A DNA stretch of 64,000 bases from contig OZ287076.1 of assembly GCA_965645245.1 (NCBI GenBank), forward strand, positions 1,302,001-1,366,000. The letters run 5' to 3'. The notes beneath the pieces were generated by a model. The model saw nothing but the letters and a program-made list of their open reading frames with translations, did not search any database and was not told where the DNA came from. Origin of the DNA: Massalongia carnosa. Taxonomy: Eukaryota. Position numbers and translations under genes: made by a program. Of this stretch, positions 25,601 through 39,000 are shown in pieces; position 1 is the first letter of the stretch, and every line of letters begins with the position of its first letter.

Positions 25601-27572
25601 ATCGGACCACGCGGCTGAAGCGCTGCAATCTACAGAACTCGCCTTTGCGGACGAGGTAGAGCAAGCGCTTTCAAGCGGGACAAGTATGGACCAGAATACC
25701 CTCAGGCAAATATTCCTGATTATCACTAAGCGCCTCGAATCCTCTTGGACTGATGCGGCATCACTATCAACGATTAAATTTCCTGATTTATTCCTACGGC
25801 TAAAAAGATTTGGCCCTGATACTTTCAAGGAGTTGATAAGCCAATGGCTTGATAACTTGTTCATCATCCCCGCTCGACCACAACTCTCTAAGATCTTGCT
25901 GCCTTTTATTTGTACAGCTGCAATATCATTAAGGGCTGTACTGGATAGGATGATAACTCTTATGAAAAGCACGCTAAACACAATTAACACAGCTGCAATC
26001 AGTTTAGATGGACTAGAATTGCTGATGATGGCTGACTTGCATCTCCCACTTTTTATAGCAACCGTAAGTCACTTTAAGTAATCACCTCTGATTTGCATTT
26101 ACTGAAGGGTTTTAATAGAAGGAGTATCGACTCCATGTTCAGCAGCTTGACATAATCAAGAATTCGTCGGTCTTGACCGTTCCCATACTTCGTGCCGCTG
26201 TCGAGGCGTGCTCTGATGAAAAAATATCCGTATATGAGAGAGCACGTGCTTTGATCAAGCGGCCCCAGTTTGAAAACATTATTATGGGTCTTCTACAACA
26301 ATACTCAAAGGATCCTGAGGCAATACATCATGCCTTTGGAGTCGGATTGTGGGAATCTACGGTGGTGCAGGTAATTGATGGCTTGTGTTATCCATCCGCT
26401 GAATCCGGTACGCATGTCAATAGTTATTTTTGGGTGAAAAACAGCCACTAACGTGGTAGTTATGTCAGGAGCAGATTTTCATATTCGGGTTTCGAATATT
26501 CTGGACCACGTTAATGATTTTAACATTCCACTTTGTCAGCTGAAGTTGAGGGCAGTATTCGCTGCAACAAACCAAAGTGCGTTGGATGCCGCAAACATAC
26601 TGTTTAAAATCGTCTTGGAGAAAGCAAGAGTGCCAGGTAACGCGGTCGCCGATCTCTGGGGAGCTGTCATCTGGGGGCTACCGCTGGAGCACGCTCTTCA
26701 CGTAAGTCCCGGTAGAGATCAGCTTTATACCTGTCAGGCTCAATATATACTTAGATTCGCGAACGAGCCGAGAAAACAATAATATTTGGTCCTCCTAAAG
26801 ACTCGGGTTCCATGTTAGACAGTTGGTTGGGACTGATGGAAGCGCTCGTGGCAGTTGTTACTGCAACCACAGCTGGCGTCCGTGACTTCGGAATGCCACC
26901 GATAGTAGTCCAAGTTGCTGAAAGAATCAGTGGGCTGCTCTTATCATCAAAGACTGCAGGGGGACTGCCCCGCGAAGTGGGAAGCCCAGCCACTACCGTT
27001 ATTACAGTTATGTCCGATAGCTTACACCTATAGTAAGGCTGCGTCTGTCAGCATCAATAACCTTTGCTGATTTTTACAGTCTCGCTACGCTTCTTCGTCT
27101 CCTCATCGTTCACCAAGGCGCAGTTCAGTGCGCAAGGCTCCCTGAAAATAGCCTTATCCACCTCTTTGTGATTTTGAGCCTACTTCTTACACATTATAGC
27201 CTTGATTGCTATCCCAGTTTCTGTGAACTCATTCTGGACGTCCTCGCTATTCTCACAGACACTCTCACAGAAGAGGTTCGCTCTCAATGCGTGCGCGTGC
27301 TTCGAGACCAACACCGACTTCAGGATCCACGGCTGCTATTCTTGTTTGGGTATTCAGAAAGCGTGAACGATGAGTGGCTACAGCTCATGACGGGCGCCTC
27401 GTTGTCGGGGTCTGCAGCCACGAGTGATGAACCGTCGGCAGGGACTACGGATTCAACGCAACAGTTTCTTTTGCGCAAGTGGGAATTGATGCAAGATACG
27501 ACACCACTGATTACAGAAAACGACACGAGTCTCAGCTTGACTCTGTTTGGAGCACGAAAAACTTTGCTTTAG
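22674..27572 (+). CDS. SRB8: Mediator subunit 12
   Basis: ADYYPWAGNHSED, FKPPPRVTLTDAKREAWLRDLANP, LRRLSRTIPHGIRGK, RAVWLAKCVGANEIRAFKRKG, ACSPISDH, and C-terminal ENDTSLSLTLFGARK. Multiple introns; start approximate. Confidence 0.93.
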
Positions 27573-27993
27573 AGCATCGGTTACATTGTACTATTGTCGA
27601 GGTGTTTTGGGGGATGAGTTATGAGTGTACGAAAATGATACCTACCTTGAGCAGTAGAATCAATTTGGATGAAGCGTATTGGATTCGCTTTGAATAATTA
27701 GTGGAAGGGCGTCCTTAGCTATACATTGTTCAGCACTCTCTATTACCCTGAAGGTTTTTTCCAACTCAGCCGCATTGCACACAAGCTGATTAACCCTGGG
27801 TCCTTTTGCGAGTATCTTTGGATATCACCAAATTGAAAATAGCTAGGCTAAAAAGCACACGATTTACTATATTAGAAATCGTAGATTCCTGTGCACTTTT
27901 GGGCGCTATTTGCTCTGATGATTGCTGCTTAGGTACAGTGTCATTTGCCCAGACGATCACAGCTGCTTGAATCTCTCTCATGTCCCAACGCAC

Positions 27994-30400
27994 CTAGTCG
28001 TCATCAAAAATCTGATAGGTGTTTTGAAGAATCGTATCGATCACCCGAACCTGCCAACCTGCATCTGCAATGTCCGGACCGGTGTTAGAACCCATCAGAG
28101 TTGGGCTGCAAATGTATGAATAATCAGTATGGACGCGGGTGTTAAAGACAGGTCAATGACATACCCAAAACAGATGGCTAGATTACCAGCATTCATTCGA
28201 TTTGCGGCTGCGTGCTCTTGTACACGATTCAGGTGCTTTTCAGATTTCAGTTCTGCTTTTCACCAACAAAGGTGCTCATTTGGCTCGTACCAAAGTTAAA
28301 GCTCGCAAAGTAGCATAATTTGGATCTGGAAGATCATTGATTGTTGCATGCAGGGAGTCTCGACGTGTGATGTCGTCGTCAATCTCTACACTCACAGGGG
28401 TTATCGTATCTCATACTATTTTATTGGAAAGTGAGAGAAACCCACTTGCAGCATCGATGAATGCTTGGTAATGTTTCCGGGTAAGCAGTGGATCAGGTAA
28501 ATCTCTGAAAAACTGTTTAAGCAGGCCTGCTACACTGTTCACATCATGGAAGAAGTGTTCTGGGTTGCGGAAATCCACCTGTGTTGAGTCTATGGTAGAT
28601 CAAGACATGCACTGTGTTTGAAAGATATTTTGAAAACTCACCATTGTCGAAAACCGTTCGAAGTTTTGTAACGTGTGTAGCTGAGCCGGAAAGTCGATAA
28701 ATGCCCTCAACCTCTAGTCCGAACAAGTCAACGGCTTGTAAGCATTGATACACAACCAAGGGGGTAGCCGAGCCATCTCGCTTTAGTAAATCCTCCAAGG
28801 AGACCCCGAACACGGGCTTCAAAGGAGGCGGCTCGGTAAACATGCTGTCACTGGTAAAGAGACCTGTTGAAGTAGATGACTGGGAATACAAGTTTGAGGA
28901 GACTTGAGTATAAGGTAACTGAGGAGGGGGACTGGTTATCATAGGGGTTACCGTCTGATTGTATTCCGAAGAATCACCATGGCGACCGTCTGTAACGGGA
29001 TTCGATAGATATGATGGATTAGTTCCAGGAGTTTGTGTTAAACTCGTGCCATGAAGGCCTCCTGCGGGTGTTTCACCTTGAATGGCCAAGGGAATAGGTG
29101 ATTGACCACTTTGAGTAGGTTGTACCCGTTGATTGCCTCCAACGGGACTCTGCTGCGATGGACCAAGAGTCTGCAACATGGTCAATATGAGAAGCTAAAA
29201 TGTAATAAATGGCCTTACTGGATGGCGTTCATATCTAATATCCGCAGACTTAGGCCCTATTTTTGGGGCAAAACTTGACAAGAAGTTGTGGAGGTCTTGT
29301 CCATTATTGATCCGATACACCACGTCCCGTAGACTCCGCGGTCCCTGGCTATCGTTCTGCCCTTTGAGAGGGCTGACACAAAGTCCATTACGTAGTAGTA
29401 ATTTCTCATTCAAGGATGCTGATTTCATTAACGCGTCGAGCGAAATCAAGTGGTTATACACATCTTACCAAACTTTTGCAGCTGCAGAGTCAAGCCTGCA
29501 TCGCATTCGTTGATCAGATCTTGGATTGCTTTAGTTGCTTGTGGCCGTAGGTGGATCAGAAGCTCGTGCCGCTGGCTTTGCGCCATTTGGACTCGTGATA
29601 AATACTCCGAGTCAGCAGCCTGCACCTTTCGATGAAGGTCTTCCTCGTGTTGCGCTGCAGACTTGGGTCCCTTCAAGCCGAAAACTCTGCTAGACTGCTT
29701 ATCACCAGTACGGGCTCGATCATAATCTTCGGCAAGAGAGTCGTATTTGACCTTTGCCTTCTCCATGGTAGATTCTGCGTCCTTCGCCGTTTTCTCTGCA
29801 CTCTGCCCCGCCTGCTTCCAATGCCTCCTGCCCCTCTCTATACTAGCAGCGAGGTCATAGAGGTCTTCGTGCATTTGATGTAACGCCAAAGCAAACTCCA
29901 CTCTATTGTCTGCCATTCGATCATGAATCTGGATGACTTCACTGTAGTTTTGGACGTAGGATCCTTGCCGGTTATCTGGTCTTCGGGCAGCCTCATGACT
30001 GCTTTTACATAGCTTTTTGAGGCCTTGGGCATCCTCCTCCTCAAGGATTGATCTCTTCTTGAGGAATGCCGCAAACTCCTAATTATTGATTAGCGAGTGC
30101 CTGAACGCCTAGGACGACCTACGTACACGGGCGGAAGCGATACTCTGTTTCAATCGAGAGAGCAAAGTGTTCACAGCAATCTGTGCCAAGATTAGAAGAC
30201 AATCTTGTTGGAAGGAACATCAAGGTTAAACAAACGTCAGAGTTCAGAACGGCGTCAACAACAAGAGGCCCATCGTAGGGTGAGGCCGGAGAATGGAAGC
30301 CTTCGTCGTTAGGTTGTGGAACACTTATCACATTCAATAGCGCAGTTGTGGTGCCCACAACTTCTGAAGAGACACGCTCCAAGGACTCTCTGTTCGCCAT
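27994..30400 (-). CDS. RGD1: F-BAR + RhoGAP protein (Rgd1/Rga7 type)
   Basis: [93 protein letters not shown], ending QIFDDD*. Confidence 0.92.
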
Positions 30401-30939
30401 TGTTCCTAGTTTGCCACGGGATGAGATAGTCAAAAGGTATGGCTAGACTAGACGCAACGCACGGAAATATTAAGTTCACATTTTGGTAGCGTCAGCGCCG
30501 TCGAGTAAGTGTATGATTTCCAGTACATGGACCTTTCAAATGAACCCCCAAAAGCTGTTCTTAGTCAATTATCAGCTTTGTATGTTGAAATTGATATCTC
30601 AAGTCAAATCGTGATTGTAATCCATTCCCATTATGATTGATCTGCAGCCTGACTCCGCCCTTCGCATCTCTGTACATGGACCCTGAAGCTCCTCTATTTA
30701 GGCTTATTTAATCTTCTACAAAGTACAAAAATATGCTTCGGTCGACTCATCTTTGCTTCAACAGCTATCCCAACGAATGATATATTAATCGCAAACTTGA
30801 AAATTTTGCCCGTTTCGATAGAAATGCGCAGAAAAAACCATCGCTATTGTGTAATATATGCAAACTTTCAGCTATTAACTCCTAGTGACCTTGCCATGCA
30901 ATTGCGCGAGATAAAAAATACATATTAATAGCCACTCTT

Positions 30940-32085
30940 TTAGGACAAATCATCATTCCTGACATCCTTAAAGTTGGCGCTGGGTGGGTCGCGATCGACC
31001 AAGTATGCAAAACGGTCTTGGTGGCCCAACAAATATTGCGGGATGTCAGGATTTTTATCAATGCGATCATAGATTTTTGCAGTTCTGTTGTAGGGATCGC
31101 GCCCCTGTCTTACCCTTTGCAAGATTTGTGAACGATCGGTGAAGTCTGGTGTGTTGAATTCACTATGGGAAAAAGATGTAATCTTGTTCACCATGTCCTG
31201 CAAGCTTGCAAGACAAGAGCTGCAATGCCAACCTGCATTGAAGAGCTCGCCGTCAGGTTTGCCCATACGTAGACTTTCGGGTTTGATCGTTTCAGCGCCT
31301 TCATAAAAAGTGGCCTGCGGATGTATCCATTGATCCTCTCGAAGAAGCCATTGAAAGCTGTACCTGTAATAATCCGTCCGGAGTGTGAGCCGGTGTGGAA
31401 ACTGACAGTTTCGAAGAGCTTTAATAGTATTGGCGCGTGGAATTTCGTCAACGTCGGACACAAGAATCACGTCCCCAAGGTTGACTTTTTGATCCTCTGT
31501 CAAGGTCGGGAAGACCTGATCCATCATGGCGTCGCGCGAGAAGCGTTCCCGTTCCCAGGCATCCTTGAAGCTGTGACCGGTAACATTCAGGACGTGATGG
31601 ATCATCTTATGGTGGAAGTTAGTGTACCGCGACCAATTGTCTCGGAGATATAGAGGTTTGGATCGATCCTTGAAGTCGACCGGAGATTCAAGAATCACAA
31701 AGTAGTCCACTTCTTCCGCCAGCTCCCACAATCGAATTTCGAGCCAATCTACCTCAGTGTTGATCATAAAAAGATCGTAGACTTTACGTTTCTGGTCGCG
31801 AACTGGATATGGGTCCCAGCGACGTCTCTCACAGTAATCTCGAGCAACGTTGAGAGGTAATAGTGCTGGTGTGGCCATCGTCTTTGACTTGAGTAAATCA
31901 GGAGGTTTAACATTCCCCCCCAAAAATGGTAGGGCATGTGGACGAGTAACGAGTGACGATATTAAAAAGATGATGAAAATAAGCAGCGCGGCAGCTTGAA
32001 GAGACTTGGCCACTGGTCGGGTTGTATACGCACTCATGGTTGTTAACTTCATAAGTGATATAATCAGTGAAGCAGAAAGATGCAT
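30940..32085 (-). CDS. Glycosyltransferase family 17 (beta-1,4-N-acetylglucosaminyltransferase, MGAT3-like)
   Basis: Single exon with N-terminal TM anchor, VYDLFMINTEVDWLEIRLWEL...DYFVILES, DVILVSDVDEIPR, GWHCSSC. Confidence 0.9.
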   Translation of the reverse strand: MHLSASLIISLMKLTTMSAYTTRPVAKSLQAAALLIFIIFLISSLVTRPHALPFLGGNVKPPDLLKSKTMATPALLPLNVARDYCERRRWDPYPVRDQKRKVYDLFMINTEVDWLEIRLWELAEEVDYFVILESPVDFKDRSKPLYLRDNWSRYTNFHHKMIHHVLNVTGHSFKDAWERERFSRDAMMDQVFPTLTEDQKVNLGDVILVSDVDEIPRANTIKALRNCQFPHRLTLRTDYYRYSFQWLLREDQWIHPQATFYEGAETIKPESLRMGKPDGELFNAGWHCSSCLASLQDMVNKITSFSHSEFNTPDFTDRSQILQRVRQGRDPYNRTAKIYDRIDKNPDIPQYLLGHQDRFAYLVDRDPPSANFKDVRNDDLS

Positions 32086-32535
32086 AAAAAGGGTTGGAGA
32101 AAAGAACGGAACAAATTACGTAACTTTACTGGATTCATCTATTCTTGCTCTAACTCAACCTTAGTTACGATCCGCCTTCGGCATACCGTAACAAGAGCTT
32201 AGTTAGGCCTAGCGCCATTTGCTAATCTAACACGCTACCGCAGACACGACTAACCGTGCGACCGAGGTAAATCCGATGGACCGCACCCGGAGCTACGCTA
32301 CAGGTGCGGCTTACCTCTATGACGCATTTTTAAAAAATTTCTATTATCTATCATCAACCATTTATTATTCAACCACATTATGTCTGATTCGTACAAGAAA
32401 CGAGAGGCTAACATTGCAAAGGCCTTAGATGCATTTGCAAAGAAATCAGCCGCAGCCTATGCTGTGACGAAGCGAGATAGTGAATAGATTTCTACCATTG
32501 CGCCACCTGTCCTTCCCGACCAAAAGGCACAATAC

Positions 32536-33863
32536 CACGCGGGGGACAAAAAAAAAACTACACCAAAATTTAACCGGGCTCAACTCCCCACCAAAACACA
32601 AGCAATTTACATACGATTTTGATGGGATAATTATCATTATTATGAATTCTAAACATATCGAGACTCCTACCAAAGCTAAAATTCAGGGAGCCGTTGAATT
32701 TTGCGAAAAGCAAGGCATTTCTTATCACAAAGAGGATGTTTTTCGCACATTTGATATGGAACGTACGAGGGGCTATGCATACCTGCGTGAAGGAGCCTCA
32801 TCACGCCGTCATCATAATAATTCCGATGTTTCTGAAGCTCGTGGGCGTCACAAAATTGTTACGCCTAAATTGATTAGAGAAATGGAACGGCCATTGGAAG
32901 AAGAAGGTATGGAGGCGCGCGCTCTTACATGGGAGCAATTGGGCTTCGAAGTAGGCCTAGACTGCAGTGGCAAAACCATTCAACGAATCATGGGCACCAT
33001 GGATTATCACAAATGCATTGCGTGCAGAAAGGGATGGGTGAACGAGAAGACAAGAAAGCTTCGTATGAAGTGGTCAGATGCTATGCTTTCTAGATATCCA
33101 AATGCAGAAGACTGGAAACAAGTTCGATTTAGTGACGAAGTGCACTTTGGATGGGGACCTCAGGGCAAATTACGCATCATACGAAGATTAGGTGAACGTT
33201 ATTGTCATGATTGTATTCAAGAAGCAGATGAACCAGACGAGGCCGTCAAGAAGAGACATCACTGTTGGGCTGCTGCAGGTCATGACTTCAAGTCAGATAT
33301 CTACTTTTACAGAGTTCCTGGAAACTCCAATGGAAAGATGAGTCAACGAGTCTATATCGACTCTATATTGGAGCCTATTGTGAAGCCCTGGATTGAAGCA
33401 AAACACGATTTCGTCTTAGAAGAAGACGGTGATTCTGGACATGGACCAGGCAAATCAAACATTGTACGCACTTGGAAGCAGAACAACGATCTGAAGCACT
33501 ATTTCAACTGTCCATGTTCACCTGATTTGGCCCCCATAGAAAATTGCTGGCAGGCCCCGAAGCAATATTTAAAAAAATATCCTCATTGGGATGATGATAC
33601 GACCAAGGGGCTAATTTATGAGGGGTGGGCGAACGTTTCCCAGGCATTTATCAATGAACGGGTGTCTACTATGCCAGATAGATTGAGAGCTGTTTTGGAT
33701 GGTGAGGGTAAAATGACTGGTTATTGAATAGATTGAATGAATTGGATGACTGGTTGTTGAAATGGTGATTATCCCATCAAAATTGTATGGAAATTGCTTG
33801 TGTTTTGGTGGGGGGTTGAACCCGGTTAAATTTTGGTGTAGTTTTTTTTTTGTCCCCCGCGTG
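32536..33863 (+). mobile_element. Tc1-like (DD37E) transposon, apparently intact, with ~100-bp TIRs and a 5-bp TSD
   Basis: CACGCGGGGGACAAAA... inverted ends; AATAC duplicated at 32531-35 and 33864-68. Confidence 0.93.
32642..33727 (+). CDS. Tc1/IS630-superfamily transposase, 361 aa, uninterrupted
   Basis: ATG 32642 MNSKHIETPTKAKIQGAV; WKQVRFSDEVHF, LEEDGDSGH, SPDLAPIENCW; 37 residues between the second D and the E. Confidence 0.9.
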   Translation: MNSKHIETPTKAKIQGAVEFCEKQGISYHKEDVFRTFDMERTRGYAYLREGASSRRHHNNSDVSEARGRHKIVTPKLIREMERPLEEEGMEARALTWEQLGFEVGLDCSGKTIQRIMGTMDYHKCIACRKGWVNEKTRKLRMKWSDAMLSRYPNAEDWKQVRFSDEVHFGWGPQGKLRIIRRLGERYCHDCIQEADEPDEAVKKRHHCWAAAGHDFKSDIYFYRVPGNSNGKMSQRVYIDSILEPIVKPWIEAKHDFVLEEDGDSGHGPGKSNIVRTWKQNNDLKHYFNCPCSPDLAPIENCWQAPKQYLKKYPHWDDDTTKGLIYEGWANVSQAFINERVSTMPDRLRAVLDGEGKMTGY

Positions 33864-33913
33864 AATACTTAGTCCGCAGACCAAGCTCTATTCTACTATA
33901 ACGTATCTTATAA

Positions 33914-34025
33914 CCGGATGAACTTTATCACCGGATGAACTTTATCACCGGATGAACTTTATCACCGGATGAACTTTATCACCGGATGAACTTTATCACC
34001 GGATGAACTTTATCACCGGATGAAC
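33914..34025 (+). repeat. Tandem array of a 17-bp unit in the left TIR
   Basis: CCGGATGAACTTTATCA x6 plus a partial unit; about two inverted units at 39285-39317. Confidence 0.95.
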
Positions 34026-36039
34026 ACACCCATCAAAATCAACCCACAATATTCCAATTAGTCTAAAATGGTCAACGAAGCAGCTATTCAGGAAGCGATT
34101 ATTGATTTAAAATCCCAGAAAGCTCCTAATTTTGCTGTTACTGCTAAAAAGCATAGCGTACCTCGTTTGACCTTAACGCGTCGCTTCAAAGGCGAAACCG
34201 TCTCGAGCGCCGAAGCTCACTCTAGACATCATAAGCTACTGACCAATGCTCAAGAATCGGTCCTCATTGAGCATATTCGAAAGCTTTCGGACCGGGGTAT
34301 TCATCCCACTCCTCAAATACTCGAAATCTGGTTGTGGAGTTCGTGAGAAAGCACGTCGGGAAGTGCTGGGTCTATCGATTTCTAGAGCGCTACGAAAATG
34401 AGCTTACAAGCGTATATCTACGCAATATCGACCAATCTAGGCATATTGCGGATAATTCTAAGCATTTTGAATATTACTTTGCAGTCGTACTAGCCCATTT
34501 CCCCTCATTTCCCTATAATCTATGCTTATGCCGCTGAACTGAGCCTAGACTCCCTAGCTCCAGGAGAAGATCGAAAAATACCACATCAAGCCCTCGAACA
34601 TATACAACTTCGATGAAAAAGGCTTCCTAATGGGTATATGTCGTACTATGAAGCGTATCGTACCGATTGATCACCTTCGAAGCAAAAAGACGCTCGGTTC
34701 GAGTCAGGACGGATCTCGCGAGTTCATCTCCCTTTTGGCTACGATTTGCGCCGACGGTAGCGCTCTAACACCAGCTTTAATCTATCAGGGGATTCGTACG
34801 ATCTACAAGATACCTGGCTCGAAGATTATGACTGCTCATCAAATGAAGCTTACTTTGCTGTATCCAAAAAGGGCTGGACCAATGAAGAACTGGGGCTTTC
34901 CTGGCTTTCAAAGCTTTTCGAACCGATTACGCGCAAAAAGGCAGGTAACGCTAGGCGCCTATTGATTATGGATGGTCATTCGAGCCATGTAAACATGAAG
35001 TTTATCGAGTTATGCGATAATCATAGGATTATTCTAGCTATTTTGCCCCCGCATTCTACACATCGGTTACAGCCCCTGGATGTTGGAATCTTCTCACCGC
35101 TCTCTACCGCCTATTCGAACCAAATTGACCATTTGATCCAGTCGAGCCAGGGCTTCTCTCGAGTTACTAAGCGTAGCTTTTAGTCTATGTTCCGTACGGC
35201 ATGGAAAACAGCCCTAAGCTTCGAAAATATACGCTCAGCTTTCGCTGCCACTGCGGTTTACCCACTATGCCCCGAAAAAGTTATAAACCAGCTCAAAAGG
35301 AAGACTCCATCACCGATTCAAAGCGATAGCGAATCTAAGAAAAAGACTCCGGGCTCCGTACGAGGTGTACGAAGAGCAGTCAAAGCGATTCGATCCGAAA
35401 CGACCGACATAGCTGCAGGACTGGATTTGATGATTCGAGCAAGCGAGAAACTAGCAATTAAAAATGATATACTGGAACACGAGATTATTGGGCTTCGTAC
35501 AGCACTAGTAGACGAAAAAAAACGCCGGAGAAGGGGGAAACCGATGGGTCTATTTGTCAAAGATGAGCCCGGGCAGGCTATATTCTTTTCTCCGGCTAAA
35601 ATTGCTGCGGTTCGGACCCGTCAAGAGGAGCTCGAGGCTCAGAAAGAACAGGAGAAGCTTGAAAAGGAAGTACAGCGTCAAAATCGGGCTGCTGAGAGGG
35701 AGCGCAAAGCTCAGGAAGCTCAGGAACGGCGCGAAACTAGGCAGAAGACTCGGGCTGAAAAGCTGGAGCAGAAGCAGCGTGAAAAAGAAGCTCGTACGAA
35801 GCAGAAGGAGCTTAACAAGCAGCTTAGGCTTAAAGAGCAGTCAGAAAAGGATCAACAGAAACAAGCTGCTATAGCTGGAAAGCGAAAACTGGAGGATCCA
35901 CCTCATATAGAGCCGAAACTGCCCGAAACGAGAGTAGCTCGTAGCGGGCGCACTGTAGTAGTTCCTTCTAAGTTTAAGGAGTAGAAAATAGCTGTATCGT
36001 GTTCGTACAATGCTATTTACCCTTTCATATGCTTTTTAT

Positions 36040-39000
36040 CCCTTCGTCTGGCAATTTGGCAGCCATTTAGGTAATATTCAATTTTACACGCGCCGTCTCC
36101 GGGTAATGACTAATAACTTTAATCTGGCCAATCAGATTTTCCCTTTTCAACGATAATTGGTACAACACCTCAATCACCCTTCATGATCTATGTAAAATTT
36201 CCAAACATGCCTCCTTTTTGCAACATGGTCCACAGCTTTTACATTGCCATCTAGTCTGACTTGAACGTCGTCTTTTGGTGCAATTTTCATCAATTTCCGC
36301 AAGTGGTCGGCGTCGTTTGCGTCTTGGCACTTGCCTTTTGCAGGCCAAACAATAGTCCTTCTTATTCAAATGCTCCCATTTGCAAGTTGACTCGACGTCT
36401 TTATTAACGTCTTGATTAGTAGTAACTATGACATCTGTCGGACGTTTCCGTAGGGCACCGGCTTGATTAGATAGTAGGACATTTACTATTTCTTTTTGAA
36501 AGTCAAAATGGCTGAGTGTTGAATTCGGATACAGAATTCTCCACAATTTGAAGGCATTTAGAACGGCTGCATCCAGAAGAAAGATGAAAATTGACCACCA
36601 GTAGCGACGATCAGATCTTTGAGGTGAATCATATGCTCTTTGCTGAGCATTCCCATCTGACCCGCCCATGTGCTGGTTATATTCCACGATGGGCATGGGA
36701 AATGGAAGCTTTTCTTCTTCATCATCAACGATAACTCTAGAATTTGCAGGAATTCCATGACGTCGACGGGAATTCTTGTAGAAAGAAGTCTTCAAATCCT
36801 CAATTGTATGAACCGTGGTCATGAATTGCACGGTGTTTAAATCCACCCATGCCATACACAGAATATCCCCGTCATCAATGTTTGATTTTTTACTTTTATT
36901 TGCAGGTACCGTCATCAATGCCTTCTTTCCCCAGTCCTTATTCTTGGTGGCTGCAACCCTCAGACGTAGAAGATCAATGTAATACGGATGGCGCTAGAGG
37001 GATACGTGATCGCCTATGGCGGTTGCGGGATTAACTAGCGTGGACCATGCCGTAGTACGAAGTCGCATAAGCCGTCGAGGCTGACACACTGCCATCTTGC
37101 CCCGAAACTTCGGAGTTATTGTTATCACGTTCTTGACTACTTACAGATCAAAACACCTGTCGAGGCCGTGGTGGTAGATTGCCATGGAGTGTAAGGCGGA
37201 CTCCTGTGGAGACGCCGAGGAACTCTATATGGAATCTACTGGCCTACTCGGAGCTACTGGATCTCTTGATGGTTCAAGAGAGGTAGCAGGAGGCACGGCT
37301 CGCTGGACGCAGCTTGAGTATGGCCTCCCCGGTTTAAACTTCAGCTTCAACCTTTATTACTACGTTGGTAGTGATGTCGGCTAAATGAACCTATATGACC
37401 TCGTTGTCTAGACCTTTTGTCTAGAGGCAGGTCCGCAGTGTAGGGAGGTATTCAGTCGGAGGTAACCTTCCATCACTAGGTAGTGGTGACGGCGAAATGA
37501 AGCTACATAGCCTGAGGCATGTAGTGAGGGATCTAGCCGGGGGTAAAATTGTTCTACCTTGCAAGGGAAGATCTAGAAGGCTGCTCGAGGCTGACTAGAT
37601 GATCCAGCGAACGCCGAGTTCGTGGATGGATCCTGAGGGATGGTTGGATATAATGCGATAAAGTCGGATGTGGATTGCAAGCCTGTAAGGCTCGCAAGGC
37701 TCCCAAGGCTTGCAAGGCTCCTAAGGCTCCAAGGCTCCCAAGGCTATAGGCTTGGGGTGAGTAGGATAAATATCAGAACGAATCTTGTAGTATTCGTTAG
37801 CAATTAGTCTTTATTCTATGAACAACCTACGTTTGGGTCTCGGACGAGATCTCTTGGTCTAAGCACTTCCACATCCATTAGTTCTTTTGATCACGTGTAC
37901 TCTCGGAGACTAGCACGTAGTAGCTATCTTCCACCTCTCACGCTGAGCATTTCCCCTTTCGAGATCAGTGTCGCTCGTGACAAGCTTACTGGTGTCGTAG
38001 CCCATTACAATCAACAGGAAAACCACATCCTGATTTAGCCGTCCCACAGGCACCAATTTCAATGGTTTTCAGAGCTTTGAATAGCTTCGTATTTGTGAAG
38101 AAGTTGCCCAGAGAGATGACGTATTTCAAGCCTTCATCAGACGGTAAACTTCGAGCCAGTTGAATGACGACTATGGAGGAAGGAGACAAATCCCATTTGG
38201 TTGTCGGAAATTTCAATTGTCCAGGCGTTTTTAACTCACTCATTTTGGACACCTGTCTTGCAATTAGTACGATGCAAATTGAGGCTTTTTCTACTCACCT
38301 TGGAGGTAAATAAGAAGTCAAAAAGATAATTTTCCTGACATAAACTATAGATTTTGAAGCCTAAACCAGCCGCCTTGGTGGCTATTTGCATAGTATGACA
38401 GCTCCTACCCCTGAATAAAATCAATTGCTCGTCAACTGACACATGACTTCCAGGAATCCAGTATTTCTTTGATGCTTTTCGAAAGTCTGTGGCCAATGGT
38501 TCCAGCTTTTTCAACCAATCAGGGCCTCGAGTATCAATGATCTCATCTTCGTCGGGGTTGGATATCTTCAAAAATCGCTTGAGTTGCTCCCATCTTCGAA
38601 GACTCATGGCTTGAATCACCATGTCATGTATGGCAAATTAGGAGACGTGTTCCAATAGTCAGTAAGACGTGGCATCAGTGTATACCCCATATATAACAGA
38701 ATTCCCAGAAAAGCTCCTACTTCAGAAGAAGAGGTGTCATGCCATTGACGTCTCTTGATGTCGTTTAGGGCATACTTCTTTTTCGCTTTAAGATTAGTGT
38801 TTTAAGCTATGATTTCAAGCATTTCAAAGCTAAAGAAGAGGCAGAATAAACTGAAAGGAGTCTGATTTATCAAGCGTAACGTCTCGTCCGGCTGTGGTTT
38901 TCGAAATGGGATCGAAATTGGACAATAATTTGATGACGGAGGGGGCATGGAGTCAATTATGCTTTGTACGCTGGGTTCATTCTTTTTGGCCTGTTCTTTC

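Noticed and set aside
32480..32641. N-terminal extension of the 415-aa ORF
   Set aside because: It is TRIM LTR and TIR sequence read from a GTG; the transposase most likely starts at ATG 32642.
33914..34025. CRISPR-like repeat array
   Set aside because: Head-to-tail 17-bp units with no spacers, mirrored at the other end of a transposon, in a eukaryotic genome with no cas genes.
36978..38009. Captured gene within the piggyBac
   Set aside because: TG...CA ends with a 5-bp TSD and no credible ORF indicate a solo LTR.
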